Source: Kiloniellales bacterium (GTDB lineage: Bacteria; Pseudomonadota; Alphaproteobacteria; Kiloniellales; JAKSDN01). From it: a stretch of 64,000 nucleotides of DNA. The translations under genes and the position numbers were made by a program. The DNA is taken from assembly GCA_030064845.1 (NCBI GenBank), contig JASJEC010000003.1, forward strand, positions 69,138 through 133,137, given 5' to 3'. Shown piece by piece: positions 62,392 through 64,000 of this stretch. Numbering within the stretch: the stretch's first letter is position 1; each line of letters begins with the position of its first letter. The notes beneath the pieces are model-generated. The model saw nothing but the letters and a program-made list of their open reading frames with translations. It had not been told where the DNA came from and made no database searches.

Positions 62392-63201
62392 TCACTCGAC
62401 CAGAAAGATCTCGACCCGCTGCCGGCGGGCGCCGCCGGCTGCCGCCGCCGCGGCATCGCCGGCCGCCGAAACGATCAGGTCTTGCGGGTCGCTGCCGAGC
62501 GACTCGAGTCGGCGCGCGACCCTCGAGGCGCGCGTCATGGAAAGGCGGAGGCGCTCGACCTGCCCCGTTTTTGCCTCGCCGGCGGCGTCCCACTCGGCGT
62601 GGCCGACGATCCGCAGCGCGCCGCCCCGCTGGCGATGCAGCAGGGCGACATCTTGCAGCAGCGGCCCGTCGGCCGGATCGAGCTCGGAGGCGATACCGGG
62701 GAAGTAGAACACCGCGACGAGCTGGCCGGGCGGCACCGCGGCCAGCCTGGCACTGCCCGCCCCGGCGTCGGGGGCCGGGGCGCCGGCGCCCGGTGGCGGC
62801 GGCGCGGGCGGGGGCGGCGCGCCCGGCCGCGTGTCGACTTCGGCCGGCGGCGGCCTGCGGCGGGCCTCGGTCCCGCGCTGGGACGCCAGGTCGCGAACAT
62901 CGGCGACGCGGTCGCGCTTGGGACTCGGGCGGGGCGGCCGATCGGGAACCCGCGAAAGGTTGGGAAAGGGCGCGTCGGGATCGAAGCCTTCGGTCGAAAT
63001 CCGCTCCGGCGGCGCCACCTCGCCGGTCACCCAGCCGGCCGGATCGAAGCCCTCGCCGCCGGCGCAGGCGCTCAGCACCAGGACGGGCGCGACACGCCAG
63101 AGGCGGCGCAACCGCCCGGCCAGGCCGCGTCGGACCGCCGGGCGCCGCGCCCCTAACCTTGACTCGCCCAAGACCGGCCGGTACTTACCGCAGCGCAGCA
63201 T
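62392..63201 (-). CDS. OmpA-family peptidoglycan-associated lipoprotein with Pro-rich linker
   Basis: 269 aa. Lipobox LVLSAC, linker PPPPAPPPPGAGAPAP, and a C-terminal OmpA_C-like LRIVGHAE...LSMTRASRVARRLESLG...RRQRVEIFL. The start may lie downstream of 63201. Confidence 0.6.
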   Translation of the reverse strand: MLRCGKYRPVLGESRLGARRPAVRRGLAGRLRRLWRVAPVLVLSACAGGEGFDPAGWVTGEVAPPERISTEGFDPDAPFPNLSRVPDRPPRPSPKRDRVADVRDLASQRGTEARRRPPPAEVDTRPGAPPPPAPPPPGAGAPAPDAGAGSARLAAVPPGQLVAVFYFPGIASELDPADGPLLQDVALLHRQRGGALRIVGHAEWDAAGEAKTGQVERLRLSMTRASRVARRLESLGSDPQDLIVSAAGDAAAAAAGGARRQRVEIFLVE

Positions 63202-63292
63202 TTAAATCCCCGTTGGCCCTATAAGCCAGGCTCCGATAAAATCGAGCCTTATCAGCTATTTTGCCAACGATCTAGTGACCAAGGAAACAAAG

Positions 63293-64000
63293 ATGTCCAG
63301 CGAGCAAGCTCCGGAGTTCAACATCCCCGATCCAGTCAAGCTGTCCAAGGCGATGGCCGAGATCGGCGAGAAGAGCCAAAAGCTGGTGAGCGACTGGCTG
63401 GAGCGTCAGGCCACCGGCGGTGTCAACGGCGCGGCCCCCAGCTTCGATCCTCTGAACATCGGCGGCGCCTTCATGGCCATGACCGCGCGGATGATGAGCG
63501 ACCCGGCCTTGCTGGTCCAGGCGCAGATGTCGTTCTGGCAGGATTACATGAAGCTCTGGCAGTCGGCCGGCCAGCGGATCCTGAGCGGGGAAAGCGATCC
63601 GGTGATCGAGCCGCTCGCCGACGACCGCCGTTTCTCCCACCCGGCCTGGGAGGAGAACCAGATCTTCGACTTCATCAAGCAGTCGTACCTCCTGTCGGCT
63701 CGCTGGCTGCAGTCCACGGTCCAGGACGTGCAGGGCCTCGACAACAAGACCGCCAAGAAAGTCGATTTCTACACCCGCCAGTTCGTCGACGCCCTGGCGC
63801 CCTCGAACTTCATCATGACCAACCCCCAGGTGCTCGAGGCGACCTTGGAGTCGGGCGGCGAGAACCTGCTGAAGGGGCTGCAGAACCTGCTCGAGGACCT
63901 GGAGCGCGGCAAGGGCCGGCTCGACATCAAGATGACCGACCATGACGCCTTCGACGTCGGCCGGAACGTCGCGGTCACGCCCGGCAAGGTGGTCTTTCAG
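63293..64000 (+). CDS. phaC: class I poly(3-hydroxyalkanoate) synthase, N-terminal part (runs off window)
   Basis: Absent from the ORF track because there is no stop. My translation from ATG 63293 gives MSSEQAPEFNIPDPVKLSKAMAEIGEKSQKL...DRRFSHPAWEENQIFDFIKQSYLL...FYTRQFVDALAPSNFIMTNPQVL, the typical PhaC N-terminal domain. Confidence 0.85.
   Translation, partial: MSSEQAPEFNIPDPVKLSKAMAEIGEKSQKLVSDWLERQATGGVNGAAPSFDPLNIGGAFMAMTARMMSDPALLVQAQMSFWQDYMKLWQSAGQRILSGESDPVIEPLADDRRFSHPAWEENQIFDFIKQSYLLSARWLQSTVQDVQGLDNKTAKKVDFYTRQFVDALAPSNFIMTNPQVLEATLESGGENLLKGLQNLLEDLERGKGRLDIKMTDHDAFDVGRNVAVTPGKVVFQ

Overview
This is a high-GC chromosomal segment. By eye the background is about two-thirds G+C, with three short islets near 50%. 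It has an alphaproteobacterial look: a hom-glpX-recJ-tRNA-Glu block, phaC, a PAS histidine kinase and several families of structured intergenic repeats. I call about 48 protein genes and one tRNA-Glu(UUC). I recognise no rRNA, CRISPR array, transposase, integrase or canonical defence genes. The coding content is mostly accessory metabolism: a penicillin-acylase-family Ntn hydrolase; a GH3 / EPSP-synthase-like / PhyH-dioxygenase trio; DUF3604 plus a cupin; TauD; two paralogous OYE-FAD flavoenzymes; a non-Pyl MttB-family methyltransferase with DapA-like, hydantoinase-A-like, RidA, D-amino-acid-dehydrogenase-like and Asp/Glu-racemase-like genes; a sulfatase; a Cys/Met PLP enzyme; gloB; a REC-PilZ regulator; an SLC13 permease; and an OtsB1-like HAD/TPP + GH65 pair. 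Four things are not explained by ordinary gene calls. (1) Four families of palindromic intergenic repeats, including a 143-bp double-hairpin element in three copies. (2) Two direct copies of that element bracket a 5.35-kb divergent two-gene module (CRTAC1/FG-GAP-like protein and an orphan S74 'tail-fibre' autoprocessing protein) beside tRNA-Glu. (3) The GH3 + divergent enolpyruvyl-transferase + dioxygenase cluster is a candidate small-molecule pathway. (4) There are several unusual domain fusions and low-GC islets. I cannot demonstrate a new biological system from sequence alone, so these are candidates only. All family assignments come from my own motif recognition on the supplied translations, not from database searches. 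Many start codons are uncertain by tens of bases. The many long ORFs antisense to real genes are treated as high-GC shadow ORFs.
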